Source: Camelus ferus (lineage: Eukaryota). Taken from it: a stretch of DNA of 64,000 nucleotides. The position numbers and the translations under genes are program-made. Location: NCBI RefSeq assembly GCF_009834535.1, contig NC_045720.1:32364001-32428000 (forward strand). Reading direction: 5' to 3'. How positions within the stretch are numbered: the stretch's first letter is position 1; the number at the start of each line of letters is the position of its first letter. Of the stretch, positions 47,758-59,629 are shown in pieces. The notes under the pieces were generated by a model, which saw only the letters and a list, made by a program, of their open reading frames with translations, did not search any database and was not told where the DNA came from.

Positions 47758-48539
47758 CAGTCACTTCCACCTGGGTCTCTCCTCTCTGCGGTCCTTCATC
47801 ACCAAAAAGCGAGGGCCACCTTCTCCCCTCGCCCCTCGCCTCTGCTCTCCTGAGCTCTCTGCACCTCTCCTGTCTTCCTGTTCTGTATTTTCTCATCCTG
47901 GGTCCTCCTACTTTTGTCCTCTGCACAGTGCGCACATTGCAGCATTGATTCCCTTGTTAGCAAACACCTGGACGACATCCGTATTCTCAGATGCCTTTCT
48001 TCCCCCTCCTGACCCAAATTGAAAGTCTCGCTAAATCCTCAAAGACACTACTTCTGCAGTTCTCAGTCTCCCACCCACGGACCGTCGGTGGAGGAGGGGT
48101 AGGTAGAGATGTCTGCTTCCTCCTGGCTCCCCGCAGCCACGACTTGGTTGTGATTCTCTAGTTTCACGTAAAAGAACATCTTCCTTTGAGGATCAGGTGT
48201 CTAGGTGGACCTCCTGCTCCTTCTCCGAGTCCCCACTGGCCACCGAGGCTCATGCCCCTCGTTCACTGAAGACCCTGAGATCGAGGTCCTCTTCCCACTG
48301 AAGAAGCCTCCCACACTCTAGGTGTTTTGGTATCTTGTGAAGCTCCCAGCCCAGAACTTGGCCTTGCTGCTCTTGAACGTCCTCTGACATTTCACTTGTA
48401 ATTCTTTACAACCCCGTGCTTCCTGGACCGCATCTTCAGTTGTGCTGTCAATGGGAACAACCACTAAAGTTTCACCTTCTTTCCTGTTCTTTCACCCAGC
48501 CATCTGTCACCCCAACCATCATTCCCATGGCCTCATTCG

Positions 48540-49140
48540 CACTTCACCACCTTCTCCACTTTCTCTGGCCTGGATCACGTTCTTCTGTCTTTTCAGCCCT
48601 TGAGGCATCCTCCATCCCCCATCTGGCCATTTTATGATGATTATCTACCAATTCCTTTGCACCCTGAGCCTTTCCTCACACTCACCCATATATTCAAACC
48701 CGGAATCGATCTTTGCTCCCTGTAGCCCAAAGGTTGGATTTGCTGGTGAAGGACATAAGTTGGGGCAGCCCTTTGCTCCACTGTCAGCTCGGTCCTCTGC
48801 TGGGGTCCCTCTCCCCATGGTATAACCACAGTCTCCCAGGGCATCAGGAAAAGGACTGAGGTCAGACAGAAGTTTGTCCTGCAGATCCCCGGTCACGTAA
48901 CCGAGCACTCGACATCCCTGGGAACCATGGCTGTGGACATGTGCTGTTTCGAGGCTAGCTCGGGAATAAATGCCGACAGGAATGTAGACGGTATACACTA
49001 CAAATCTGCCGTAAGCACCCCAGGTCAGGGTGCTCAGAATAATCTAAAATGGCCAGGTGGGGGATGAAGGATGCCTCGAGGGCTGAAAAGCCTGGAAGAA
49101 TGTGATCCAGGCCAGAGAAAGTGGAGAAGGAGATGAAGTG
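48540..49140. repeat. Long inverted repeat: arms 48540-48634 and 49045-49140
   Basis: Manual alignment gives 8 mismatches and 1 indel over ~96 nt, including a 28-nt perfect stretch. Confidence 0.95.
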
Positions 49141-50049
49141 GGTGCCACAACCCATGACTCATAAAACCAGTGCTGGGGAGGACAGTCCAAGTGGGCTCAG
49201 AGGGCTTATCTGATTGTTTTTATTGTTGCCACCCCTTCAAGGCTTTGTCCCCAGAGGTCCCACGGTGATCCTCACTTCTGTGTCTGTATTCTGTGTATAA
49301 ATAGCACCTGGGACACTCCTCAGATAGAAATTGGGGCTAAAGTATCACTTTGAACCGTATAAATCTCTTCAGGTCTAATAAGCCAAAAATTTCATGAATA
49401 TTAAATCTCTCACCTGGTAAGTAAACCTGGGGATATCTAACTCCATGCCATTCAGAAAAGGAGATGAACATATTTTGGGCTGAAAGGGAACATTGGGCTT
49501 TACTAAGTAGTGAATTACCATCACAAAACTACCAGCCAAGTTTGAAAGAACTGCTGGCTAAGAGCTATGTCCCTTAAGCCAAGGGTCTAGTACAAGCCAC
49601 CCCTGTTTCCTTTGTGGCCCCATCTTCCCATTTCTGCTGAATCGAGAGCCAGGAGAGTTGCCCTGGGGCCTGCCACAGCAAAAGGCGAGGGGACCCTGAG
49701 TCCTGGGCGGAGAATCATTGGAAGGACCTCAGCACCTGAGCAAGTCCAGGTGGATGTGCAGGCAGGGAGGCAGGCCAGTCTGAGGTGTCGGAGCCCAAGC
49801 AGAAGGAGGCGGGCATACATGGGGGGCGGGGCCACATGGGGTGTAAGATCCCAAGCTAAGTGGGACACATCCTGTGTAATGGGGCCATGTAGCCCAGTAC
49901 TTGCTATCAGAGTCCGCATGAGATGAACAGGGCATCTGTGTGAGGCAGACCCACCCTGGCACTGTGTGCTGGATCCCAGTTGGGTAAGAGGGATATTCAC
50001 ATGTGAGGCGACCTGGTGGGGGAGCCAGGGCCTGAGAGGGGGAGAAGTA

Positions 50050-51250
50050 AAATACATTGAAGATCATGAGAGCAAAATTTCTCATTGTCAGAGAAGGGGG
50101 TTACAAATACGGAAAGGGAGAAAACGGCTGAGCTTCTGTTGTTAGTTTGGAATTAGAGATATCGCTGTGAGTTCATGGTGTTCATTACACACAGACGGAT
50201 AGAGAATTTCTGGGGGGGCAGAGCCAAGATGGCGGAGTAGAGAGACCCAGAGCTCGCCCTCTCCCACAAATACACCAAGAATTACGTCTACAAACCCACT
50301 GAACCACACAGAACACCTACTGAACACTGGCAGAGTGTCTCTCGTTTCAAAATACAGGAGGATTCTCACAAAATCCGATAAACAACAAGTTCATACTGTC
50401 TAGCACAGGGAACTATATTCAATATCTTGTAGTAACCTATGGTGGGAAAGAATAGGAAAATGAATATATGTGTGTTCCTGTATGGCTGACGTATTGTGCT
50501 GTACACCAGACATCAGCACAACATTGTAAACTGACTACACTTCATTGACAAAAGGAAAAAAAAATAGATGGATAGAAATNNNNNNNNNNNNNNNNNNNNN
50601 NNNNNNNNNNNNNNNNNNNNNNNNNNNNNNNNNNNNNNNNNNNNNNNNNNNNNNNNNNNNNNNNNNNNNNNNNNNNNNNNNNNNNNNNNNNNNNNNNNNN
50701 NNNNNNNNNNNNNNNNNNNNNNNNNNNNNNNNNNNNNNNNNNNNNNNNNNNNNNCCTGTCACCTGAGAGGGCCTGAGTGTAGTACACTGATTATATTTAG
50801 TGTAATCTCCACTAAAAGGATCCAGGACCACTTGGAGAAAAGGCTGATTCCAGAGTAGAGGAAGGAAAAATACAAGATGAGCCCCAAATGCCTTCTTGTG
50901 CCAAAGAATTCAACGCCAGCTTGATAATAATGGATTAAGGTCCATTGAATAAAATAAAACCATGAATCAATATCATATAAATAAGTGAATAAATTGAAAT
51001 ATTAATGAGGAACAAGATCTCTACATAGTCTCAAGGTGTTACAAAACAGGCAGTCATTACAAAGGGGAAGGGCGTAGCCTCGCAGTGGACGAGCCTGGCA
51101 GACACCACCTTAACCTAGTGATGAAAGGCAGTTATCACCAGCGATAGGTCCTGATGGGCTGCAGTGACAACAACTCGGCATCACGTCTGTGACATTCCTG
51201 CCAAATGGTGTCAAACCCAGATCTCATCACCAGAAAGCATCCGAGACTGA
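50050..51250 (+). mobile_element. Old L1MC1-3-type 3' end (host of the mini-L1)
   Basis: AATACATTGAAGATCATGAGAGCAAAATTTCTCATTGTCAGAGAAGGG...GGACCACTTGGAGAAAAGGCTGATTCCAG...CCTGGCAGACACCACCTTAACC. Confidence 0.75.
50212..50564 (+). mobile_element. Internally deleted mini-L1 (5'UTR start fused to 3'UTR end plus poly-A)
   Basis: GGGGGGGCAGAGCCAAGATGGCGG L1 5' terminus; junction at ~50377; L1 3'UTR; A-tail; TSD AGAYGGATAGA at 50193-50203 and 50566-50576. Confidence 0.85.
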
Positions 51251-51889
51251 CATTCTCTCTCTCTTGATCTTTCTCTATTTCTATCTCATACGCACCTTGG
51301 GAAATTTGTTTTTGTCACTGAATTCTTTTGATGTATTAAAGCATTCCAACTCTAGAACCTAATCTTATAGAAGGTTTGAAAGGATCAGGTTCCAAATATC
51401 CATTATAACTACCTGTGAAGACTGTTGTTTTAAAAAACTTGCTGAGTCCAAAACTCATTCATGAAAGAACTGTTCAGATATTTATTTTCTTCAAAAGTGA
51501 GACAAATGACAAAAGTATTGCTTTCACTTGTAAGAAATCAAAACGAGTCCTGACAGGAGGGAGCCAGCATTTCCCCAATAAATGTAAATGTACATTTCAT
51601 GACATGTATTAATGTAATTTGCAGCATAATCAAGTGACCATAAAAAAGCTAAACCCTTTATTCATACTCAACACTGTCGGAACTAAATCCTCAAAGTGGC
51701 CAAGATCGGTTACAGACAATTGTGTACCTTTCCCTTTTTTTAAGTTTGTGAGACTGGGTAGCTCTCAGACCTCTTTCACGCATCAGACATGATGAGTCTG
51801 AGGCAGGGGCTGAAAAGGAGTTCTTTGTTATGTAGAATTCCTTGATAGACGATTTCCACCCGGGAATACTTTATGCTCTAGGTGTCCGA

Positions 51890-52660
51890 CACACCCACTG
51901 TCCTGATGGCCTTCCTTCTTCACTGGTCAGTAGGTCTTCGTTTCTTTTGCTGACGCCTCCTCCTCCAGCTGATGTTTAAAGGTGAGAGCTTCCCGGGGTC
52001 AGTCCTCATTCCTCTGGTCCATCTGCACCTCCTGCTGGCTGGCATCCTCCAGCTCATGGCTTTATGTACCATCTCTCTGTTCATGGCATTCAAGTTGTGA
52101 TTGCCAGCCTAACCCTCTCCCTTCATCTCCAAACTTCTATATCCATATTTTGAATTAATTTCTCCACTAGGCTACCTAGAAGCATGACAACTATAGAACT
52201 ACTGATCTCTGCCTCGCCGCCTACCCGTGCTCTCCCTCCACAGAGCCTTCCTCATTTGAGTTAAAAGTACCATCCACCAGTTTTAGTCTGGTAGCTCTGG
52301 CTAAAAACTCTGGAGTCCTTAATTCTGCTTTCTAACCATCCTTCAGTACTCTGATCTTTGCCTCTAAAATAGGTCCTAAATCTGCCCACTTTTCACTCTT
52401 TCCAATGTTGTAACCCTAGTTCAAGACACCTGGACTATTGCAGCAGACTTCCAACTGCTTTTCTGGTCTCCATTCTCTCTACACAGCAGAGTAATTTTTT
52501 TGAAACGTAAGTTAGAAAATACCACTCCTCCATTTAATACCCCCCATGGCTTCGCACAGCAGCCAGAATAAACCTGAAGTCTATCGTGACCTCAAGGGCC
52601 AGCATAATCTAGCCGTTAACAAACTCTGGGACCTCGTCTTTCACGCTCTTCTTGTTTACA
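51890..52660 (+). mobile_element. L2a LINE internal fragment
   Basis: CTCCAGCTCATGGCTTTATGTACCATCT...CACCTGGACTATTGCAGCAG...TACACAGCAGAGTAAT. Confidence 0.8.
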
Positions 52661-52667
52661 CTGCTCG

Positions 52668-52945
52668 TGTTAGTTTCCTGCTGCTGCTGTTAACAAATGA
52701 CCACCAACTTCAGCAGCCTAAACAACACATATCTATTCTCTGGAGGTCAGGAAGTCCCCAAATCAAGATGTTGGTAGAGCTGCATTCTTTCTGGAGGCTC
52801 CAGGTGAGACTCCATTTCTTTGCCTTTTCTAACTTCCAGGGGCCATCTCTACCTTTGGCTTGATTCCATCTTCCTCCTTCAAAGCGAGCAGTGTAGCATC
52901 TTCCATTCTCTCTCTCTGATCCTCCTGCCTCCCTCTTATAAGGTG
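52668..52945 (-). mobile_element. MLT1C/D-type MaLR LTR fragment
   Basis: TTAGTTTCCTGCTGCTGCTGTTAACAAATGACCACCAACTTCAGCAGCCTAAACAAC...GCTGCATTCTTTCTGGAGGCTC. Confidence 0.8.
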
Positions 52946-54539
52946 ATTATATTGAGGTGTTGGTTGAGGTTGGAGACCACCACTCTGCAGGGACTGGTTT
53001 CTGAGATGCTGAGTTAAAGCTACAGGCAGGGGACATTAGTGTCCTATTTGGTGACTGCTTGTAGCCACTAAGTGGGTGGAATTCAGCACCCACTGGGTGT
53101 CCCAGAGATGGCAAGACAGTCAGTCCTGGGGCACAGCCAGGGCCAAAGCGGGGATCAGCTGGGGTGGGGAAGGAATAGCAGGACTTGAGTGCTCCCCTTT
53201 GACCACCATGGATGTCGAGAGGTTGAACCTGGTCACACTTGGATTCTAAGCATATTATAGAGCAAACAAGAATTGTCTTTTATCATGATGTGATCTGAGG
53301 ATAAATTCAACCGTAAGACCTCATTCCAAATGGGATCAGTTTTTATTTTTAATGTATTTATAGAATTGAGGTTCAGGCTTCCAAGGGAATGAGATAAAGG
53401 GATAGAGGTCAAAAGAAGGGGTGAGAAAAATAGCTCAAAATAAGCCAAAGGGCATTCCATTTTAAACGAAATGTGTCTGTGGCCAGCCAGAAAATGATCG
53501 TAATGTTGTAAACAGTCGTAAGAGAAAGATTTAAGTAACTTTCCATTACTTGGCAATGTTTTTAAGTTGGCTATATCCGACACCAAGAGGTGAGGGAGAA
53601 AGCTAGCCCATGATTCTAAAATGAAATTAAAACTGCTCTTGAGGCATCTGAAGATTTTGATCTTGGAGAGTACTTGTTTTTTGTTTCAGTTCACACAAGT
53701 CAGCAGGCAGGGTGAAAAAAAGGGCTGACCTGCAGCAAACCATTAGCCTTCCAAGCAGTAGGTCTTGGTTTTCCCGAGTGCAGTGCAGGAAACAGCTCTA
53801 CAGACCTCCTGCATCTAAGCTGGATGTGTGCTGTACAATTTAAATGTGCAGGAGCCTCTGCCGACATGCAGTTGGCAGGGGTCCAAGGGTACCAGCCGCT
53901 CACGGTCTTGACTGGTCGTGGAGGACAGGGTCATAGCACACCCCAAGAGAGCTATTTATAGGACACCAGAGCATGTCATTTTCTTTAACTATCATCTAAT
54001 TGATCTGGATGTTTGGGGCACCACCATTTATTTCAACATTAAATTACAGGTTTTTAAAACTAGACCATTGTGCCTAGCTGTCCAGTGGTTTCCCATTACT
54101 CACCTGCCACTGTTTGGGAAAGTCATCGGAGGAAATGCAATGAGATCACTGGGGCAACCCCTTTTCCAGGCTAATTGTTCTGCACACTCTGTATTGCGTT
54201 GTTATTTTTAACATACTAACATTAGCTTTTTTTTTCTTCCTAAGGAGACTTGAGTCCACTCAATTTCCCTGACTGTCAAAAACGCAAATTGCAATTTTAT
54301 CTCTTGTTTCTTATTTCCTGGGAAACTGTAAGCCTCACGTCCAGCCCCATTTTCTCTTTTCTTTTCTGATTTGCTTACAGAGCAGGGATGACGTCTGATG
54401 ACTGCAAGATGACGGCTGGGCACACTTCCCAGTGGCCGGACCTTTGCGGGCGGCGGGGGGCAGGCTGTTGGGAAGGGTGGCTTCCATTCAGTGGGGCAAC
54501 AGCTCTTAACTCCTCCTCCTGCTCTGGCCCTGACACTCC

Positions 54540-55075
54540 TCCAGGATGATCTCAGTCTAGCAGCCGGGGTGATCCTGGTAAGACATCAGTGGATCGTATC
54601 AGTCCTTTACCCAGATCCCTACCTGATCTGTCCTCCCACTCCCTCCTCTCCCCACTGTATTCCCTCCCTCCTCCCACCTCCCCCACGGACTTTCTTACCG
54701 GCCCTCCAATGCGCCAGGCACGCCTGGCCCCGGGACGTTGCCCCTGCTATTTCCTCTTCCCAGAATGCCCTTCCCCCAAATGTCCATATTCTTTGCTTTC
54801 TCATGTCCTTAAGGTCTTTACTGAGACCATCTTGACCGTCCTATTTTAAATTACAGGCCCCTCCCCCAGCCCCCATCTAGAAATTCCTCTTTCTATCCCC
54901 GTGTACTTTTCTCTCCAGTGCTCATCACCATCCATCTTATTATGTGAATTTCTTCTTCATTTTTTCATGTCTGTTTCTCCCCACCAGCATACAAACTCCA
55001 AGATGAGAAGACATTTAATGTATTTTGTTTATTACTTTATCCCTACTGCTAGGAAGAGCACCTTGAATGAATCAG
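54540..55075 (+). mobile_element. L2a 3' end
   Basis: TGCTATTTCCTCTTCCCAGAATGCCCTTCCCC...CTGTTTCTCCCCACCAGCATACAAACTCCAAGATGAG. Confidence 0.75.
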
Positions 55076-55249
55076 TAAGTGTGTTGCCTAACTAGCGACA
55101 TGTTTCAGGAAGCCTACCGACATTTTATAGGGTCATCCCTTAATACTGCTTCGAATCTCCCTTCGCCGTGGTGACTGGTAATATCCTTCCACAAATAGAA
55201 ACCACAAATGCCCATAACAAATCCCAGAAAAGTAACACAGGAACATAAT

Positions 55250-55704
55250 GAATTTTTAATGTATGTTGAAGCTCTAACACTCTAGAACTTCAGAATGACA
55301 TTTGGAAATAAGGTCACTACAGGTGTAATTAGTTACATTGAGATGAGGTCATCCACAGGAGGGTGGCCCCTAATCCAACATGACTGGTGTCCTCATAAGA
55401 AGAGGAGAATTTAGATACAGACATGCAGAGAGGGAAGGTGACATGAAGACACTTGGGAAGACGTCATGTGAAGATGGAGGCAGAGATCGGAGTGATGCAG
55501 CCATGGCCAGGGAACGTCTCGGGCTACCAGCTTGTGCAGGAAGCCAGAAAGGCTCCTTCCCTGGAGGATTTGGAGGGAATGTGGTCCTGCTGACACTTTG
55601 ATTTCAGATGTCTAGCCTCCAAAATTGTGAGAGGATACGTTTCTGTTGTTCTGAGCCACCCACATGGCGGTACCTTGTTACATCAGCCCTAGGAAGCTAA
55701 ACAG
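55250..55704 (+). mobile_element. MLT1B/C-type MaLR solo LTR
   Basis: TTTGGAAATAAGGTC...GTGAAGATGGAGGCAGAGATCGGAGTGATGC...CCCTAGGAAGCTAAACA. Confidence 0.85.
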
Positions 55705-55879
55705 CTTTTTTTTTTTTTGGAGGTGATGTTATTTGTAATTGTCTCAAAGTTTGCATTAAAAACTCAGAATAGGTAAACACTGATATAAGACTTATGAAGC
55801 ACAACTGACAGCTCATTTCTAGAAAGAGTTGGTCAAAGAGAAGATCCGTGAGATAAAATGATAAGGAACACGAGGTGAC

Positions 55880-56070
55880 ATCACGGAAGGCTTGTGATGG
55901 CCCACACTCCTCTAAGTGCTTTATGTGGATTAATTCATCTACCCTGTTAACAACTCCTCTGAGTTAGGTATCGTCATTGTCTCTGTGTTACAGATGGGGA
56001 AACTGAGGTGCAGAGAGGTTAAGTAACAAGACTGGGATATAGAACCCAGCAGCCTGGGTCCAAAGCTCGT
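55880..56070 (-). mobile_element. MIR SINE
   Basis: TTACAGATGGGGAAACTGAGGTGCAGAGAGGTTAAGTAAC. Confidence 0.85.
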
Positions 56071-56261
56071 GCTCGTAACTGTGACAGTGCTGGAGTCCTT
56101 TACCTGGACTTCGGGGACGGGGAAGGGACATAGAACCACCAGCAGTGCCCTCTGCTGTCCTCTTCCCTCAGACCCACGGATGTTCCCTCCTCGGCTGCTG
56201 CCCTCAGACTCTCCCTGCAAACGTCCCCTGATGGTGCCTCTTCTTTTCTTACTCTTCAACT

Positions 56262-56825
56262 GTTTTTTTTTTTTAATTGAGATGAATTTCACAAAACATA
56301 AAATTAATTTTAAAGTGAATGCAGTGGCATTTAATAAATTTGTAATACGGTGTCACCACTACTTCTGTCTAGTTCTGGAACGTTTCTCCTCCAAAAACCC
56401 GGTCCCCGGGAGGCAGCCACTCCCCGATCACGCCTCCTCCAGCCCCGCCCTCACCAGCCTGCTTTCTGTCTCCATAGACTCACCTGTTCTAGGTGTTCCA
56501 CACACACGGAATCTTACAAGGTGACCAGTTTGTGTCTGATTTCTTTCGGCTAGCGTGCTGCTTCTGAGGTTCACCCAGCACCTCCAGCACCGGATCTTTC
56601 TGATGGCTGAATAACACTCCCTTGCAAGTTGGTACCACAGTGTATTCAATCCATTCAGCTGCTGATGGACATTTAGGCTGTTTTTAACCTTGGGCTATTG
56701 GGGTTAGTGCTGCTATGAAGACCAATGGATAAGGTTCCTCTGAGTGTCTGTTTGCACATCTTTTGGCTACGGACCTGGGAGTGGCATTGCTGTGTCATGT
56801 ATTATTTCTATGTTTAACTTTTTGA
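56262..56825 (-). mobile_element. L1MB/L1MA-type 3' end
   Basis: Poly-T, AATTGAGATGAATTTCACAAAACATAAAATT...GATGGACATTTAGGCTGTTT...GTGCTGCTATGAA. Confidence 0.85.
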
Positions 56826-57919
56826 CCTGGTGTTTCTTCTTGTTTCTCATTTTCCATGCTGATCCCTCAGCACAAAAGCCTACGCCGAGTGTGGGGAAGT
56901 GGAAAAACCTGAAACGGGCCAAAGAGTAGGGTCAGGATTAAGGAAAGGCTGGGAACATGCCCACATCAGTCGTCCTTTCTTTCATTGGTCACACTTATTA
57001 TGTGGGGCTATTTCCAAGTTTGGAGAAAACAGACTGCAAGTCTGCTCTTTCATGTTGAACCACAGAGCTTTCAGGCGGGAAGACGCTGTACAGACTGTCC
57101 AGTTTGGTGAATTCTCCGACTTTCCTTGGCCGACTTCTCTCAGACCTCACAGGGAGGGCCCTGCATTGCTTGGTTTTCATGTCTTCCATTTTGGGTTTGT
57201 GGGTAAGATTTCACCCAGAGGGATGATATTTTAAAGTCTAACTTTTTTGTTTGTTCCCAGTGTTTCCTCATCCCCCGGGGTCTCTGACCCATTCCATGAG
57301 CATGGCTCTCTGTGCTCACTGTCTTAGGAGAAGGTAACTCAGAGGAAACAGAGGGACGAAGGAAGGAAAGCATTCTTGGGTTGCAAATTTCAAAAGCTGG
57401 ACTTCCAAAAGGGCAGATTCCTGTGTGTGGAACGGAGACTTGGGAACTGAGGAAGGGCAAAGACTCCTGCCTTAGGAAGGACTTTACTGGGAGGGAGGGG
57501 AAGACGGGGCACGTGCATAGTAGGGAGGTCCGTGGGGCCAGGGGAGGGACCAGACTCTGATAGGGGCAGAGTTAGCACCTAGCGACCGCCAGGCCTCCCT
57601 GGCGCATAAGCCATTGAGAAATGGCTCACCTGTGTTGAGTGTCAAAAGAACCAAGTCTCCAGTGGAGTGAACACTATATCCACTACAAGGAGGAGCTCTG
57701 GTAATGGATTTCTTGGTGTTTGGCAAGAACTCCCTTTTAGACAGACATCTGCATGTCATCCAATGACTGGCGTGAGGGCCTCCATCTGTGCCCCATTACC
57801 TTCTCATTCCTGTGGCATCTGCAGCTAGCAGCCCTGTCACGCTCCACTCACCTCTTGCCTCTCTCTCTCCAGTTTGGTTCAGGGGGCAACATGCCCATCA
57901 AGAAATTCCTAGGCTTCCC

Positions 57920-58285
57920 TCAAGGTCATGCAGATGGTTGTGGCCAATGAGATGTGAATGAAAGTCTTCCATCTTCCACTGGGTGAGGATTCTAGGAAAG
58001 TTACTGCTTTCCTAAGAAGAATGGACAGACTCAGCTCGTGTGGGCTCCTGGCCCTATTCTGTTCCTTCTGTCCCTTCTGTTCCTGCCTGAAATGGAGACA
58101 GGATGTCCAGAGATGCTGCCCACACCTTGTGACCACTTGCTGAGGATGGCTGAGCAGAAACGTAGGAGCCTGGTCCTGGAGTGGCCACATGAGGGCTGGC
58201 TCCCTGCCTCTTGGTTTCCTTGTTATGTGAGAGAAATAAACCCCTCCCTTAATCTGCTACTTAGCTTCTGAAACACATAACTGAG
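57920..58285 (+). mobile_element. MLT1I/J/K-type MaLR LTR
   Basis: TGTGGCCAATGAGATGTGAATG...GAGGATGGCTGAGCAGAAACGTAGGAGCCTGG...TGTGAGAGAAATAAACCCC. Confidence 0.7.
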
Positions 58286-59529
58286 CACTCTTGCGCCCCA
58301 TGACTCTTCATGCGGACAACTACAGTGGGAACACCTGTCCTACATGCATAAGCCTCACCCCCATGACTGAAGGGGGATGTGGTTCTGGAGACCTGGAGAG
58401 AGGGTGCAATGTGGAAGGGAAAACCTCCTGTACTGGGGTGAATCCAAGTGGAACGTATCTGCTATCTCCCTAGAGCCAGGACATTGATAGAATATTCCCC
58501 TTCTATTGCAGAAGAACGGGTTCCCTTAAAAGTAAAATCCTCTGCTCCAGCCCAGCCCTTTCTCATTTTACGAGGGAAGAGGATGAGGTTCAGGGACAGG
58601 AAGTGACTTGCCCAGGATCCCACAGGTAACTGATGGCTAATGGGGACTGGAAGGTGGGTCTCTCCCACCCCTCAGGTTTTCCCACCGTCAAAGTGGTCCC
58701 AGTATAATAAGTTCCTTTATCTTTTGTTTTGTTTTCTAAGGCGATTAGCTGACTGTCTGGTGTGCCAAATTAGTGAAATTTGAAGCCTTCTGAGTGAAGG
58801 TAAACAAGAATTAAACAAATCAAGTAATTTACAAGAAATCCAGATGGTAATTAAAAGGATTAATCCTGGTGTTTCTAAATGACAAACAGTTATCTTAATT
58901 ATTAATTGCTAAATTAAATGTGCCAGCCTCATATGTTCTCATATTGTTCTGATTTACTCATCATCACTGTACAGAAGAGAAGTGGAAAACATAAACTAAC
59001 CACATGTAAGTTTCTATATTCATGAGCAGATGCAAGAATAGGACAGGTCCCACGAGTGGAAAAGGGTCACTGACACAGAACTCCCTCCAGCCTAGGGCAG
59101 CGCTGAGCCTGTGTGACCCTCTGCCTCTAAGAAATGGTGTCCTGATCTGAAAATCCAGAGCTGAAGATACAGTGCTTTTCCATGGAGCTCAGTTTATGGA
59201 GAATTGGTTGGAAAAAACAGCCATGAAAGCCTTGAGACTGCCCCCGGTAGGTCTTCAGTATCTGAGCGTTTTATAGGGACCTTACTGAGGGAGTTCCTTT
59301 GGATTTTGGTAGACCACCCTCTGGTGGCCAAATATTTTCCTGCAGGCTTTCCCGCAGGAAAACAAAACGAAACAAAACCCAGTATGAGTGGAGTAATTTA
59401 GGAACCACCATTTTTCTGGCGTTTCTGTACCTCTTTTAGGAAAGCATTCTACTGCTTCACACATTTTATGTTCAACAAAATTTTACTACGTCTCAACCTG
59501 GATTACCTTTGATGCTGCTTAAATTCTTT

Positions 59530-59629
59530 TTTTTTATATTGAAGTATACTCAGTTTACAATGTTGCGTCCATTTCTGTTGCACAGCATAATATTTCAGTC
59601 ATACATGTACCTAAACACATTCCTCTTCA
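59530..59629 (-). mobile_element. 100-bp 5'-truncated camelid L1
   Basis: Poly-T plus TTGAAGTATACTCAGTTTACAATGTTG; TSD CTG(C/T)TTAA(A/G)TTCTTT at 59515-59529 and 59630-59644. Confidence 0.85.

Noticed and set aside
48645-48998. 117-aa ORF in the inverted-repeat spacer as a transposase remnant
   Set aside because: No DDE, HTH or other recognisable motif.
49587-50085. 104-156-aa ORFs on both strands
   Set aside because: GC-rich patch open in several frames, with no family similarity or clear splice context.
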